A stretch of 64,000 nucleotides of DNA from Candidatus Iainarchaeum sp. (GCA_043816965.1 JBDRHK010000015.1:3548-67547); one strand, 5' to 3'; counted from the first letter of the stretch, positions 1 to 9,418 are shown. Made by a program: numbers and translations. The notes: generated by a model from the letters alone, not told the origin.

Positions 1-282
1 CACGCAGTGCACATCAACAGTAACCCCGGTCGCAAAATCATACCTGAATGCCCTTGCACAGTAACCATATGCTCCTGTTAATGGGGGAGGGATTCCTCCA
101 CCGGCAGGTCTCGTATAAAAAGAAACCATTGCAGCATCAATTGCCTGCTGCCTTGTGCTTTTGGCGGCCTCAACATCTGCCTTTTCAACAAGGTAAAGGT
201 TTGCATAGGCGGCCGCAAGAATAACAACCACAGCTATTGCAAACATGGCGTCAACACTGAAAGCAAAACCTTTATCAGACAT
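1..282 (-). CDS. pilin-like protein with class III (type IV prepilin) signal peptide, partial (runs off the window start)
   Basis: Manual translation of the minus strand from ATG at 282..280: MSDKGFAFSVDAMFAIAVVVILAAAY... Short charged leader then a hydrophobic helix. The start overlaps the stop of ORF 275..916. Not in the ORF track because no stop codon lies inside the window. Confidence 0.5.
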   Translation of the reverse strand, partial: MSDKGFAFSVDAMFAIAVVVILAAAYANLYLVEKADVEAAKSTRQQAIDAAMVSFYTRPAGGGIPPPLTGAYGYCARAFRYDFATGVTVDVHCV

Positions 283-916
283 TCTTCCACACCTTTAGCG
301 TTATTGTCCCCTGCTCCAAAGGGCAACCTAAACTGTCATTGTCCCTAATGCAATTATGGTATAACTCTTTTTTGAATATCCACTCCTCAAACCCTGGGCC
401 TTGTGTGCCATTAAGAAAAACAACATCCCTTGTCGATGAATACACATTGCTTGCGGACCCGTCAAAAATAGCTCCGCATTCATTTGCAGTCAGGTTTAAT
501 TCAGCAGTGATATTGCCAGAAACTGAACCATTTCCAGTAATATTGCAGGAATAGTCAGATGGAATCCCCAATTTTTCCTTTGTTATTTCTAATTCCGGGG
601 GAGGAGCCGTGAAAAGAGGAATGCAGCCCATCACAGGCGCAAGAGAGGTAAGCGTACCTGCAAAATCGCGTCCTGCCATTCTGCAGGAAAAATATTCATT
701 ATCTGTCGCAAGAAAGGAAGGCTTGCTCATAAGGATAAGTGTGGCGGTCTCCCCAACTGAATAAAGTTCGTTATTGATTTCCGCCTCCCTTTGGTTGTAT
801 TCCTGCAACTCCATAAACTGAAGCATCAGCCCAATTGCAAGAATTATGATTGTGAGGGAAAGGATAAAATCCAATGAAAAAATCTGGCCTTTTTTATTCA
901 ACATATCACCCAACAT
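275..916 (-). CDS. pilin-like protein (class III signal peptide, N-glycosylation sequon-rich)
   Basis: N-terminus MLGDMLNKKGQIFSLDFILSLTIIILAIGL (KGQ then hydrophobic helix). Many NxT/S sequons. Sits in the pilus gene cluster. Confidence 0.6.
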   Translation of the reverse strand: MLGDMLNKKGQIFSLDFILSLTIIILAIGLMLQFMELQEYNQREAEINNELYSVGETATLILMSKPSFLATDNEYFSCRMAGRDFAGTLTSLAPVMGCIPLFTAPPPELEITKEKLGIPSDYSCNITGNGSVSGNITAELNLTANECGAIFDGSASNVYSSTRDVVFLNGTQGPGFEEWIFKKELYHNCIRDNDSLGCPLEQGTITLKVWKNV

Positions 917-1364
917 CCACCGTTTCTCCGCATTTTATTGGAAAGGTTCCATTAAGGGTCGTTGTCTCCCTTGTTACAGCAACAGCCAGTTCCTCCGGGG
1001 CATCACCATAAATATTTCCCGCATCATCAAAATCAAAATTCATTGTCAATTTGTTGCCGGCATAATTTATCTCACAATCCAATGCCCGTCTCTCGCCAAT
1101 AAGAATTAGTTTTGGCACCGAATACGTAATATCAACAGTACTGGTGATTTCTGCCCCTGTTCCCGCAGTAAAAGACTGCGAAAGCTCCTCATTCAAGGTG
1201 TAAATCCTTGCAACCTCGTTTAAAATTGCCCTTCCCTGGGAACGTATTGAAATCGCCTGCTGGCTTTCAGTGACATCATCCATTAAAATTGCCATTCCCT
1301 GCACAAAAAGCATTGCCACCAAAATGGTTAATGTCAAATCAATGCTTACCTGACCCCTCTGCAT
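906..1364 (-). CDS. pilin-like protein (class III signal peptide)
   Basis: N-terminus MQRGQVSIDLTLTILVAMLFVQG. Overlaps neighbouring genes in an operon-like arrangement. Confidence 0.6.
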   Translation of the reverse strand: MQRGQVSIDLTLTILVAMLFVQGMAILMDDVTESQQAISIRSQGRAILNEVARIYTLNEELSQSFTAGTGAEITSTVDITYSVPKLILIGERRALDCEINYAGNKLTMNFDFDDAGNIYGDAPEELAVAVTRETTTLNGTFPIKCGETVDVG

Positions 1365-2582
1365 TCAATCACCATAAAGAATTGCTTTTCCCGCAATATT
1401 AATCAGCTCAGGAACAAGATCTCTTCCGTTAATCCTCTGCAATCCCCCTGATGCGCAGGCCCTCTCCCCAAATTCCTTTACAGCATCAACCCTGACCCCT
1501 GGGCCATTTATCAGGATAGGGAGAGGGTCGCCTGAATGTGCCTTAAGTGAGCAGGGAGTTGAATGGTCCCCTGTAACCGCAATCACCGTATTCTTAAGTC
1601 CCCTTAATTCACCAATCGCCAAATCATCCTTCTCAATAAACTTCATTTTGCCCCTGCAATTTCCATCCTCACCCAAAGAGTCAGTTCCCTTTACATGCAG
1701 GAAGATGAAATCGTATTTATTCAGGGCTTTTTTCGCCTCCCTGAACTTTGCCCCGGCATTTGTTGCAGGGGTACCTGTCGCCCCCTTAACATCTATCAAA
1801 TCCATTCCCAAAAATCTGGCAACTCCCCTGTAAAGTCCCCCGCCTGCAATGCACCCTGCCTTCAGCCCAAACTTTTTCTCAAAACTTTCCAGTTTCGGGA
1901 CAAATGCCGCGCCCCTTATGAGGACATAGTTTGGAATAAGTTTTCCGGATTTTTTCCTTTTTGCATTTTCAGGATTTTTGGAAACCACATCCCTAGCCTT
2001 AGCCAGGAAGTTGTTCATAACCTTTGCGGTAAATTTCGCCTGCCTTGTATTTTTGGTGGGCCTTACGGCAAGAACATTCTCCCCCGCAATATGGGGGTCA
2101 TTGTCGGCCACATCCCCCGATAATCCTTTTCCCCTTGCAATAATTCCCATGCGGTGCGCGGTGCCTGGCTGAACCATAAATTTAATCCCGTTAATTGCAA
2201 TCCCATCCAGTTTCTTTGCATAGGGGGAAGTGTCACCAATCCTCCCTGCTCTCCGGTCTATTATTTTCCCGCCTTTATCCACGGTCGCAAGGTTTGCCCT
2301 GAAACAAACATCTCCCTTTTTTGGGTTCATCCCAATTCCCAAAACCTCAAACAGGCCCCTCCCTGCATAATACTTTTCAGGAGGAAAGCCAAGAATTGAA
2401 AGATGTGCTGTGTCACTCCCAGGCCTTACTCCCCTTCCGATTGTGTCCATTAAGCCAGTGATTCCATTTTTTGCAAGTTTGTTAAGGTTTGGGGTTTTCG
2501 CTTTCTCCAAAGGAGTAAGGCCCCCGAATTCCTTAACCGGCCTATCCCCGAGACCATCCAGAATTACAAGTAAAATCTTCAT
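1365..2582 (-). CDS. apgM: 2,3-bisphosphoglycerate-independent phosphoglycerate mutase, archaeal type
   Basis: MKILLVILDGLGDRP...TPLEKAKTPNLNKLAKNGITGLMD...PGSDTAHLSILGF. Typical ApgM N-terminus and length (405 aa). Confidence 0.88.
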   Translation of the reverse strand: MKILLVILDGLGDRPVKEFGGLTPLEKAKTPNLNKLAKNGITGLMDTIGRGVRPGSDTAHLSILGFPPEKYYAGRGLFEVLGIGMNPKKGDVCFRANLATVDKGGKIIDRRAGRIGDTSPYAKKLDGIAINGIKFMVQPGTAHRMGIIARGKGLSGDVADNDPHIAGENVLAVRPTKNTRQAKFTAKVMNNFLAKARDVVSKNPENAKRKKSGKLIPNYVLIRGAAFVPKLESFEKKFGLKAGCIAGGGLYRGVARFLGMDLIDVKGATGTPATNAGAKFREAKKALNKYDFIFLHVKGTDSLGEDGNCRGKMKFIEKDDLAIGELRGLKNTVIAVTGDHSTPCSLKAHSGDPLPILINGPGVRVDAVKEFGERACASGGLQRINGRDLVPELINIAGKAILYGD

Positions 2583-2602
2583 CAGAACCGATATTAATTA
2601 AA

Positions 2603-3022
2603 TCAAACTACTATAAATTCTTGTTGCTTTCCCCCAGAATCAAATGCAGCGATGGATTCCAGGTCATATGGATATGCTGCAATAAGATGGAAATCCCCGA
2701 ATTTTGTAAAACTGCTTAAATCCGCCATTGAGGGATATGCATTGGGGGATGGGTGGGAATGGACACTCCCCATTACCCTGGAATCTATGGGGATAAGCCA
2801 GCTCTTTATTGCGGTGAAATTTCTTCCATAAGTTGCGGGAACCACGACCAATTCATCAATAATGCCATTTTTCTTATCCCCGCCAAGAAGGGAAAAGAAC
2901 TCGTTAGGATAGGTATTGTGAGAAGCAATAATTATTGATTCTATTGTTTCCTTTTTAATTCGGTACATCGGAACCCCAAATAATAAGGGCAGAAAAATTA
3001 AAATACCGCAACAAATCAGCAA
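2603..3022 (-). CDS. JAMM/MPN-family metalloprotease (Mov34-like)
   Basis: JAMM motif HSHPSPNAYPSMADL (HxHx7Sx2D). 139 aa. Confidence 0.8.
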   Translation of the reverse strand: MLICCGILIFLPLLFGVPMYRIKKETIESIIIASHNTYPNEFFSLLGGDKKNGIIDELVVVPATYGRNFTAIKSWLIPIDSRVMGSVHSHPSPNAYPSMADLSSFTKFGDFHLIAAYPYDLESIAAFDSGGKQQEFIVV

Positions 3023-3354
3023 TTTTCCAATTGGGAAGGAATTCCGTTTGGGTATTCCTTGGCAGAGCAGACTTGGTTTTTAACATACCAACAGCAACCC
3101 ATAGCATAGCTGGCTCCAGCTGGGGCGAAATCACCTAAATCTGATGGATCAGCCTTACAGTTATTTTCATCGCCACCATATGTATTAATACATGATATTT
3201 TTGCGCCAGACAGCCGGCTAGGGGGATCGGGATTGATCGGAGGTAATATCGAAATTAGCACCACCGAAACAACAACTACGACAACCAATGTCATCAGAAC
3301 AGCCGCACCGACAATCAAAATCAACTTCTTATCCATGCAAACGAATAAGCCCAA
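3016..3354 (-). CDS. cysteine-rich secreted/membrane-anchored protein, paralog of the Cys-rich pilin at 7861..8193 (leader motif degenerated; likely start at MDKK, 3336)
   Basis: Shares AKISCINTYGG, LGDFAPAGASYAMGCCW and VCSAKEYP blocks plus 6 conserved Cys with the 7861..8193 protein. N-terminal hydrophobic helix. Confidence 0.5.
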   Translation of the reverse strand: MGLFVCMDKKLILIVGAAVLMTLVVVVVVSVVLISILPPINPDPPSRLSGAKISCINTYGGDENNCKADPSDLGDFAPAGASYAMGCCWYVKNQVCSAKEYPNGIPSQLENC

Positions 3355-3377
3355 ACTACTATTTATTTATGCCTGAT

Positions 3378-4568
3378 TCAAATTCCCAGGTAAAAAACTA
3401 TCACCGGCACCATCAGGAACGCCATGCAATTTGTCCTTTTTGTCCCTGTGCAAATTGTGAGCAACCCAACAGCTGCTGAAACAACCAGCAAAAGAATTCC
3501 AACAACCCCGCTAAACCAATAGACCAAAAAGAAAAGTAAAATAATTATTATTTTGTTAATTAGGGAGTAATCGAATCTCGAAAGATTCTTTGCAACAATT
3601 ATTGCCATCACCTCAGCGGCGATTGCCCCCACCCCAATCGCAATCAAGATAACCGCAATGAAAATCAGCAGGGTATTCCAGTCCAGTTTAACCAATTCCT
3701 TGACCGCAACAGCTGCTCCTGTCCTTGTTTTCCCAAGCAGGAAAAGGATAAAGAAACTGAAAATTATATTGGTTGTATTAATCCCGCCCAGCATTACAAG
3801 ATAGCCCTTGCTGCTCATTTTCCCCTTTAGTTTCCCTGCCATGAATGCTGCCTGGCTTGCCCCGACCCCGGGCAGTATGGAAACAAAACCCCCGGCCAGT
3901 GTGCTAAGAAGGGAATATTTTAAGACAGGATTTAATGGATATGAATCCTTTTTCACCAATTGTTTCCTCAATCTTGTTTTCACCCTTAAGGAGTTGAGCA
4001 GCGTGGATAGGCCAAAAAAACCAGTAACCAACGGAAATATTGGATTGCCTATTGCAAGGAAGTTCAGTGAAATTAATCCAATTACTGAGGAAAGCGCTAC
4101 AATAGCAAAACTCCACAGGATTTTATTCTGTTTCTTCTGCCAGAAAACCATAAAGAGAAGAATCAGGATAAGGATGAACGGAACAAACTGGTAAATTATT
4201 TTTCCCCATTCCTCAATGAAGAGAAAGTAAACAGGGGAAATCAGCACCGCAACAACACCCCCAAAAACCCCGCCAATGATTGTGAATTTTATCGCCGAAA
4301 CCCCCTCCCCCTTAAGCAGTAATTTATGCCCGGGAAGAACCGAAAGAAAAGTGCTTTCTTCCCCTGCCCCCAAAAAAACACTTGGGATGAAATCAACAAA
4401 TGACTGCACTGTGCTCATTGCGACAATCATCACCGCAACACCCAGGCCAAATTCCCCGAAAAGGCTGACCGCAACAAGGGCAACAGTGTTTGCATGGATT
4501 CCTGGAACCAGGCCTGTGGCAACTCCAAAAAAACAACCTACAAAAATAAAAAACAGAATCTCAATCAA
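3378..4568 (-). CDS. polytopic membrane protein, TctA/DUF112-like
   Basis: About 10 predicted TM segments. Repeated G-x-x-PG-I/V motifs (GLVPGIHANT, ILPGVGASQAAF) resemble tripartite tricarboxylate transporter TctA-family proteins. Family assignment is tentative. Confidence 0.4.
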   Translation of the reverse strand: MIEILFFIFVGCFFGVATGLVPGIHANTVALVAVSLFGEFGLGVAVMIVAMSTVQSFVDFIPSVFLGAGEESTFLSVLPGHKLLLKGEGVSAIKFTIIGGVFGGVVAVLISPVYFLFIEEWGKIIYQFVPFILILILLFMVFWQKKQNKILWSFAIVALSSVIGLISLNFLAIGNPIFPLVTGFFGLSTLLNSLRVKTRLRKQLVKKDSYPLNPVLKYSLLSTLAGGFVSILPGVGASQAAFMAGKLKGKMSSKGYLVMLGGINTTNIIFSFFILFLLGKTRTGAAVAVKELVKLDWNTLLIFIAVILIAIGVGAIAAEVMAIIVAKNLSRFDYSLINKIIIILLFFLVYWFSGVVGILLLVVSAAVGLLTICTGTKRTNCMAFLMVPVIVFYLGI

Positions 4569-4923
4569 CGCTTTCCACTTCCTCGGCGATGATTTCCAGC
4601 TGCCCCTTATATTTCTTAACCACGCCCCTGATTCTCACAAATTCATTTTCCCTTACCCCCGCCAATTCCCTGACAGTTGGGGAGAAAACAACAACCCTCA
4701 AACCCCCTTCCCCCCCGAGTGAAAAGAACAATGTGTCATTTGCGAAAAACCTTTCCCCAACCTTTCCCTGGGAAATAACTCTTTTGTCTAGCCAGCTTTC
4801 ATCAATTTCCCCGGGGGAGATTTCCAATGGCTCCTCCATAAACGCCAGAAACAGGAGCAGGATAATTCCTGCAAGGGAAACCAGGAGAGAAATCTTTTTC
4901 ACCAGAAAATCATTGAATTCCAT
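4561..4923 (-). CDS. membrane-anchored OB-fold-like protein (hypothetical)
   Basis: N-terminal TM helix then a beta-rich segment (RVISQGKVGERFF...VRIRGVVKKYKGQLEI) suggestive of an OB fold. An operator-like palindrome lies upstream. Confidence 0.3.
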   Translation of the reverse strand: MEFNDFLVKKISLLVSLAGIILLLFLAFMEEPLEISPGEIDESWLDKRVISQGKVGERFFANDTLFFSLGGEGGLRVVVFSPTVRELAGVRENEFVRIRGVVKKYKGQLEIIAEEVESVD

Positions 4924-4955
4924 AGCTTATTTGGAAAAGAAAAGAAGATAAATAA

Positions 4956-4971
4956 TTCGTCAATTGACGAA
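4956..4971. promoter_or_regulatory. perfect 16-bp palindrome TTCGTCAATTGACGAA next to TATA-like element (copy 1)
   Basis: About 30-45 bp upstream of the minus-strand ATG at 4923, followed (in gene orientation) by aattatttatc. Confidence 0.35.
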
Positions 4972-4973
4972 TA

Positions 4974-5567
4974 TTAGATTTTCTCTATTTCGACAGGCCT
5001 GGGCCCCAAAAGGCCCCTTTTAAGCCTAAGCTTAACCCTTTCCCCTTTTTTGAATTTCAAGCCTGATTTTATATTGTGCTTTTTCGCAACAGTCCAGGAC
5101 CTAAGATCAAATTCTGTTTCCACAAGGCAGTTCTCCCCGTCACTCATAATAACCTTTCCAAAACCATAGTTTCTTCTGAAAACCACCCAGAAAATTGCCA
5201 TGAAAATAAATAGCAGAATAATAAGCGCAAAAAAGAAAAAGCTCTGGCCTGAAAATTCAGGGGCAAAAACCGGCCCAAGCCAGCTCAGTTGGGCAATAAT
5301 AATCAAACCGACAAAGAAGTAGAGGTATGCGAAAAAATCCTCCTTGAATTCCTCCCGCCCCTCTGTTGCAAGCTCATAAAGGAGAATAACAATCAGAATT
5401 AATTCCGCAATCAAAAATAATTCATAAGGAATCAAAAATTTGAGAAAAACCCCTGCAATAATAACAAGCAGCAGAATCTGCATCTTGTAAACAAGATATG
5501 TGCGGTGGCTGAAATTGCCGACATTTTTCTCCAGGAATTTTTCAATCAAGCCAATCAGCTCGGGCAA
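4974..5567 (-). CDS. hypothetical membrane protein
   Basis: 4-5 hydrophobic helices and a basic C-terminal soluble tail. No recognisable family. Confidence 0.3.
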   Translation of the reverse strand: MPELIGLIEKFLEKNVGNFSHRTYLVYKMQILLLVIIAGVFLKFLIPYELFLIAELILIVILLYELATEGREEFKEDFFAYLYFFVGLIIIAQLSWLGPVFAPEFSGQSFFFFALIILLFIFMAIFWVVFRRNYGFGKVIMSDGENCLVETEFDLRSWTVAKKHNIKSGLKFKKGERVKLRLKRGLLGPRPVEIEKI

Positions 5568-5980
5568 TTAGTGCTAGAAGGAATATTGTCCCTATCTGTG
5601 CCGTTAATGCACACATGCACAGTCTCATATTTGCTCCTCAAAATAATCTCGTCCCGAAGATAATCTTTGAATGCGGTGGTGTCTAGGTTCATGCTGCCCC
5701 CGGAAAGAATTAAATCCAGCTTAATTGTGTCATCGCCTACAGTCTCAAAAAGTATTTCCTCAATGTACTCCATAGAATCAATCTGGCTCAGTTTGTCGAT
5801 TGTTTTTTCCTTTGCAATTATCAGCGCAATTGTTGAATCTTTTATGACCACGTAATTGGAAAGAATCATGGTAACCAAACCTATTACCGCCGCGAAAACG
5901 ATAATCAGCTCATAGCTGACCTGGCCGGAATTACTAAGCCAATTTGACAGTGGTTGTAGAACCATCTTTTTCAACCTCAA
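5555..5980 (-). CDS. pilin-like protein (class III signal peptide)
   Basis: Leader ...NSGQVSYELIIVFAAVIGLVTMIL. Located in the pilus cluster. Confidence 0.55.
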   Translation of the reverse strand: MRLKKMVLQPLSNWLSNSGQVSYELIIVFAAVIGLVTMILSNYVVIKDSTIALIIAKEKTIDKLSQIDSMEYIEEILFETVGDDTIKLDLILSGGSMNLDTTAFKDYLRDEIILRSKYETVHVCINGTDRDNIPSSTNCPS

Positions 5981-6488
5981 GAGTTACCACTATTCCGGCA
6001 TAATTATCCATATTGTCTATTTTTAATCCGCCTGAGCAGTTAACACTGCTACTATCTAATAATAAGTCAAACACCTTGGCACATTTTTCATTATCCCCAT
6101 CAATGTCATTAATGCAGGCAGACGGGGCCGAGTAAGCATTCAATAAAATCCCGTCCAGCGCAACCTGGAAGCAGATCCCATTCACGCAAGTTGCGCCAAT
6201 ATCGCTTAACTGGCAGGTTAGGATGGTGTTCCCAGGCACAAAAAGAGTAATGGTCCTTTTATTTTCCCCGGGAGCAACGCTCACAGCATCAATGGTATTT
6301 GCAAGCTTTTCCGCGGCAAATCTCGCCTGGCCAATCCTTGCGGTTTCCTTGCCGCTTGCGGCGGCAATTGTAAGCGAAGGGTTAACGACAGTCTGAATGA
6401 ACAGGGCAATAATCATCACAAGCATAATTATTTCAATAGAGGCCTGACCCCGCCTGCCTAAATTTTGAAAAAAGGAAATAGAACCCAT
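5934..6488 (-). CDS. pilin-like protein (class III signal peptide)
   Basis: Leader ...GRRGQASIEIIMLVMIIALF. Confidence 0.55.
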   Translation of the reverse strand: MGSISFFQNLGRRGQASIEIIMLVMIIALFIQTVVNPSLTIAAASGKETARIGQARFAAEKLANTIDAVSVAPGENKRTITLFVPGNTILTCQLSDIGATCVNGICFQVALDGILLNAYSAPSACINDIDGDNEKCAKVFDLLLDSSSVNCSGGLKIDNMDNYAGIVVTLEVEKDGSTTTVKLA

Positions 6489-7669
6489 AAAACATCCCCT
6501 ATCAATTGAAGCAACAAATAACCAATCAATATTCCTGGCACAAATGCTGTTGTTCCCTTCACCTCTATCTTTTTCGGAATTAAGCCCTTATTCGCAAGTT
6601 CCTTAATCTCTTTTAATTGCTCCCCTGTAAGGCCGCCGGCGCTTGAGGAACTTGCAACAACCCTTGCCCCTGGCTTAATCGCCTGGTTAAGGGCATCCAA
6701 ATTATTATCCATTAACTGCTTTATAAGTGTTCCTATAGAGGCCCCTTCCAGAATCTCTATTTTTCCGCCCTTTTCAACAATGGTTTTTAGCGGAATCTCC
6801 CCCTCCTCCAGGTCCCTGACATCTTTCTCCATTCCCAAAAGCCTTGCCAATGCCTTTTTTGGCCTGTGGTGCACAACAATTTCAATTGTGAGAGTAATGG
6901 TGAGAATGATAACAAAAACTACGGCAAAACTAAATATTGCGCTTGGCACAGAAAGGTAGAGCGCGAAGGCCAACAGAATGGCCGCAAGGAATTTCTGCAG
7001 GAGATAGCTTATTTTTTTAAGCCCAAGCAAGCCAATCACTGTAACAATTGGCAGATGGAATATTTCAGGAACTCCCAGGAAAATAAGAAGGGTTGCTGTC
7101 CCAACAATCGCCGCAGTTGTTATAACAATGCCGTTAATTTTTCTTTTCACCAATGCAACAACAACCCCCTTCAAATTCATTTTCTTTATCATTTCCCTTC
7201 TATCAATCATGCGCTTTAATGTTATTGCAGTCACCCATGGGACCATTGAAATAATGCTGAAAACGAAAAGCGAAAAAGGGAAGATTGGCTCTGAAACAGA
7301 CGCAAAATTAAAAGTAATGCCGAGAAGTGAAAGGCTTTCTAAACCAATTAAATCCCTGAGGACACCATGGTTTACTGTGTTGATTGTGGCAAGCCCTGTC
7401 ATCAGCTTAACATCGCCCCCCGCCCATCCCCCTGCCTTGTAAAGGAGCAATGAGCCAACGGCGGTGGCGAAGGTTACGGCGCCGGTTACAATGATTATTG
7501 AAGGGTCATTCGCAAGCAGGGACCTGATTCCCTGCAGAATCAGCCCGCCAAAAATAAGTGAAAATGTGAGTTTATTGGAAACAATCCTTTCCCGTAAATC
7601 GGTAAATGTGGCGATAATAAGGGCGATTATTGAAATTATGAAGAAGAAAATAGGAAAGCTGATAGGCAT
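6458..7669 (-). CDS. archaeal type IV prepilin peptidase (A24 family, PibD/FlaK/EppA-like) with C-terminal soluble extension
   Basis: Polytopic protein with the two catalytic Asp motifs, TDLRERIV near the N-terminus and GGWAGGDVKL. Adjacent to pilins and the assembly ATPase. Confidence 0.78.
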   Translation of the reverse strand: MPISFPIFFFIISIIALIIATFTDLRERIVSNKLTFSLIFGGLILQGIRSLLANDPSIIIVTGAVTFATAVGSLLLYKAGGWAGGDVKLMTGLATINTVNHGVLRDLIGLESLSLLGITFNFASVSEPIFPFSLFVFSIISMVPWVTAITLKRMIDRREMIKKMNLKGVVVALVKRKINGIVITTAAIVGTATLLIFLGVPEIFHLPIVTVIGLLGLKKISYLLQKFLAAILLAFALYLSVPSAIFSFAVVFVIILTITLTIEIVVHHRPKKALARLLGMEKDVRDLEEGEIPLKTIVEKGGKIEILEGASIGTLIKQLMDNNLDALNQAIKPGARVVASSSSAGGLTGEQLKEIKELANKGLIPKKIEVKGTTAFVPGILIGYLLLQLIGDVLWVLFPFFKI

Positions 7670-7673
7670 GTTA

Positions 7674-7844
7674 TCAGCCCATCAGAGATTCAATAGTTTC
7701 CGACCTGAATGAAAGAATTTTTGCCTGCGCAACATTCGCAATCGAAGCCAAGTTCATGGTTACAACCGAAGCTACCAAAACCAGCACCAGCACAAAGCCG
7801 ATGCTGATAAGGTACTCCAATGAAACTTGTGCCCTATTGTTCAT
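7674..7844 (-). CDS. small Flp-like pilin (56 aa), not in the ORF track
   Basis: Manual translation: MNNRAQVSLEYLISIGFVLVLVLVASVVTMNLASIANVAQAKILSFRSETIESLMG. Classic class III leader (RAQ then VSLEYL). Ends 5 nt before the prepilin peptidase start. Confidence 0.6.
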   Translation of the reverse strand: MNNRAQVSLEYLISIGFVLVLVLVASVVTMNLASIANVAQAKILSFRSETIESLMG

Positions 7845-7860
7845 GCTTTACACATCATTC

Positions 7861-8193
7861 TTAGCAATCTGTAAGTGCGGGAAGTGGTGTAGCATATTCT
7901 TTTGCAGAACAAACCTTATCTATAGTGTCCCAACAGCAACCAGCAGCGTAGTCTGCATTAGCAGGTGCGAAATCACCCAAAGCTTTGTCTGTTGCGTCAC
8001 CCAAACAGCCAGTGCCGCCTACAGCTCCCATAGTACCGCCATAAGTATTCAAACAGCTTACTTTCGCAGCACTAATTCTTGCCGGTTTGTCGTCACTTAT
8101 GGTTGTCAGCAATACTATAACCACCACAGCAACAAGCACAGCACCGCCAATCAGCAGCAGATACTCAAGTGCACCTTGTCCTTTTCTATCCAT
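7861..8193 (-). CDS. pilin with cysteine-rich C-terminal domain
   Basis: MDRKGQGALEYLLLIGGAVLVAVVV (class III leader). The mature part has 6 Cys (SCLNTYGG...GCLG...GCCW...VCSAKEY...TDC). A GGAGGA Shine-Dalgarno-like element and a TATA box lie upstream. Confidence 0.65.
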   Translation of the reverse strand: MDRKGQGALEYLLLIGGAVLVAVVVIVLLTTISDDKPARISAAKVSCLNTYGGTMGAVGGTGCLGDATDKALGDFAPANADYAAGCCWDTIDKVCSAKEYATPLPALTDC

Positions 8194-8278
8194 ATGTTCA
8201 TCCTCCTTTTGTTGGTTATAAATATGATATAATCTATCTAAACATATCCATTCTAGTATTTAAACCTTCTTCCGGCAT

Positions 8279-8443
8279 TTATCCAGTACTTTCCTCAAGC
8301 GCTTCGCCTGAAGTATCCTGGAGCTCCCGGCCAAGTGTTTTTAGATAAAAACCAACTGCCGCTGCAACTGCCAGAACCCCCCCTAAAATAAGGAGCATTT
8401 CAAGCGAACTTTGCGCCCTTTCCTCAAAAATCAATCCTTTCAT
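8279..8443 (-). CDS. small Flp-like pilin (54 aa), not in the ORF track
   Basis: Manual translation: MKGLIFEERAQSSLEMLLILGGVLAVAAAVGFYLKTLGRELQDTSGEALEESTG. Its start ATG overlaps the TadC-like stop (ATGA). Confidence 0.6.
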   Translation of the reverse strand: MKGLIFEERAQSSLEMLLILGGVLAVAAAVGFYLKTLGRELQDTSGEALEESTG

Positions 8444-9414
8444 GAAATACCACCCATTATTGACCTTGAACCAAACAATACAACTGTAAAGCAGATGTAT
8501 GCCACTAATAAGAGGAGTGGGAAGTATATAATACTTTTGCTCATCTTTCCATCTCTCATAAGTGAAATCATTATGCTTGCCGCAAGGGTTTCTATAAGAA
8601 CATATATCTGGATAAGCAGGGTTATGTCCTCCCTTGCCTTATCAGCAGCTTTGATTGCGGCATCATCTGCAACACCCTGGGCCGCAAGTATTAGGAAGCT
8701 TACAACAGTTGAAATAAAACCAAAGATTGCGGGAGCAACCAATGAGCCTGCAGTTACTAAGAAGATTACCTGCAGGCCTGTTTTTGACCTTCTTTCCTTG
8801 TTTATTCTATGTGTGGATCTGACATCTTCCGCAATCTGCTCAAGGATATCTGCCAATCCAGCACCTGCCTTGACAGAGTCAACAATTATTGTGACAGTTC
8901 TCTGTATAAGCCTTGAATCAATCTTGGAAAGAACTTTCAGCGAATTCTCGAAGTTTTCCCCCTCCTCAAGCTTCCTCAGGACATAGCCCATCTCCATTTT
9001 CAGTGCCCCATATTCGGATGCGGCAACTTCCCTCAGGGCATATTCATATGTTCCCCCGGCCCTCAATGTGTCGGCCATCTGCCTCAGCGCATCAGGCAGG
9101 GTTTCCTCAATTTCATCAATCCTTTTAAGTGCGTTCAGCAGGGGAAAGCCGATTGTAAGGTCAATGGCAACTATAAAAACTACTAATGGCAGGCCAGCCA
9201 GAACGCTCGTAAGAGAATCCATTTCAAGATAGTTTATCAGGGCATCAGAACCTGCCCAGGAACCGACAACAAGAAAAATCGACAAAAAAATGGAAAACAA
9301 AATCCAAAGGAAAGGGTCAAACCTGAATCCGCTCCATGCAAGCATTTTTGAGTAATATTTCAAAAAGCCTATGCTGTTCAGGACAGGAATCCTTTCCATC
9401 AGTCTCAATGCCAT
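8440..9414 (-). CDS. pilus assembly membrane protein with T2SS-F domain (TadC/FlaJ-like)
   Basis: Single T2SSF-type domain (LRQMADTLRAGGTYEYALREVAASEYGALKMEMGYVLRKLEEGENF) flanked by TM helices. Confidence 0.75.
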   Translation of the reverse strand: MALRLMERIPVLNSIGFLKYYSKMLAWSGFRFDPFLWILFSIFLSIFLVVGSWAGSDALINYLEMDSLTSVLAGLPLVVFIVAIDLTIGFPLLNALKRIDEIEETLPDALRQMADTLRAGGTYEYALREVAASEYGALKMEMGYVLRKLEEGENFENSLKVLSKIDSRLIQRTVTIIVDSVKAGAGLADILEQIAEDVRSTHRINKERRSKTGLQVIFLVTAGSLVAPAIFGFISTVVSFLILAAQGVADDAAIKAADKAREDITLLIQIYVLIETLAASIMISLMRDGKMSKSIIYFPLLLLVAYICFTVVLFGSRSIMGGIS

Positions 9415-9418
9415 AACA

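Noticed and set aside
8411-8986. Plus-strand ORF 8411..8986 (TTG start, 191 aa)
   Set aside because: Antisense to the TadC-like gene and the small pilin. Hydrophobic mirror-translation artefact.
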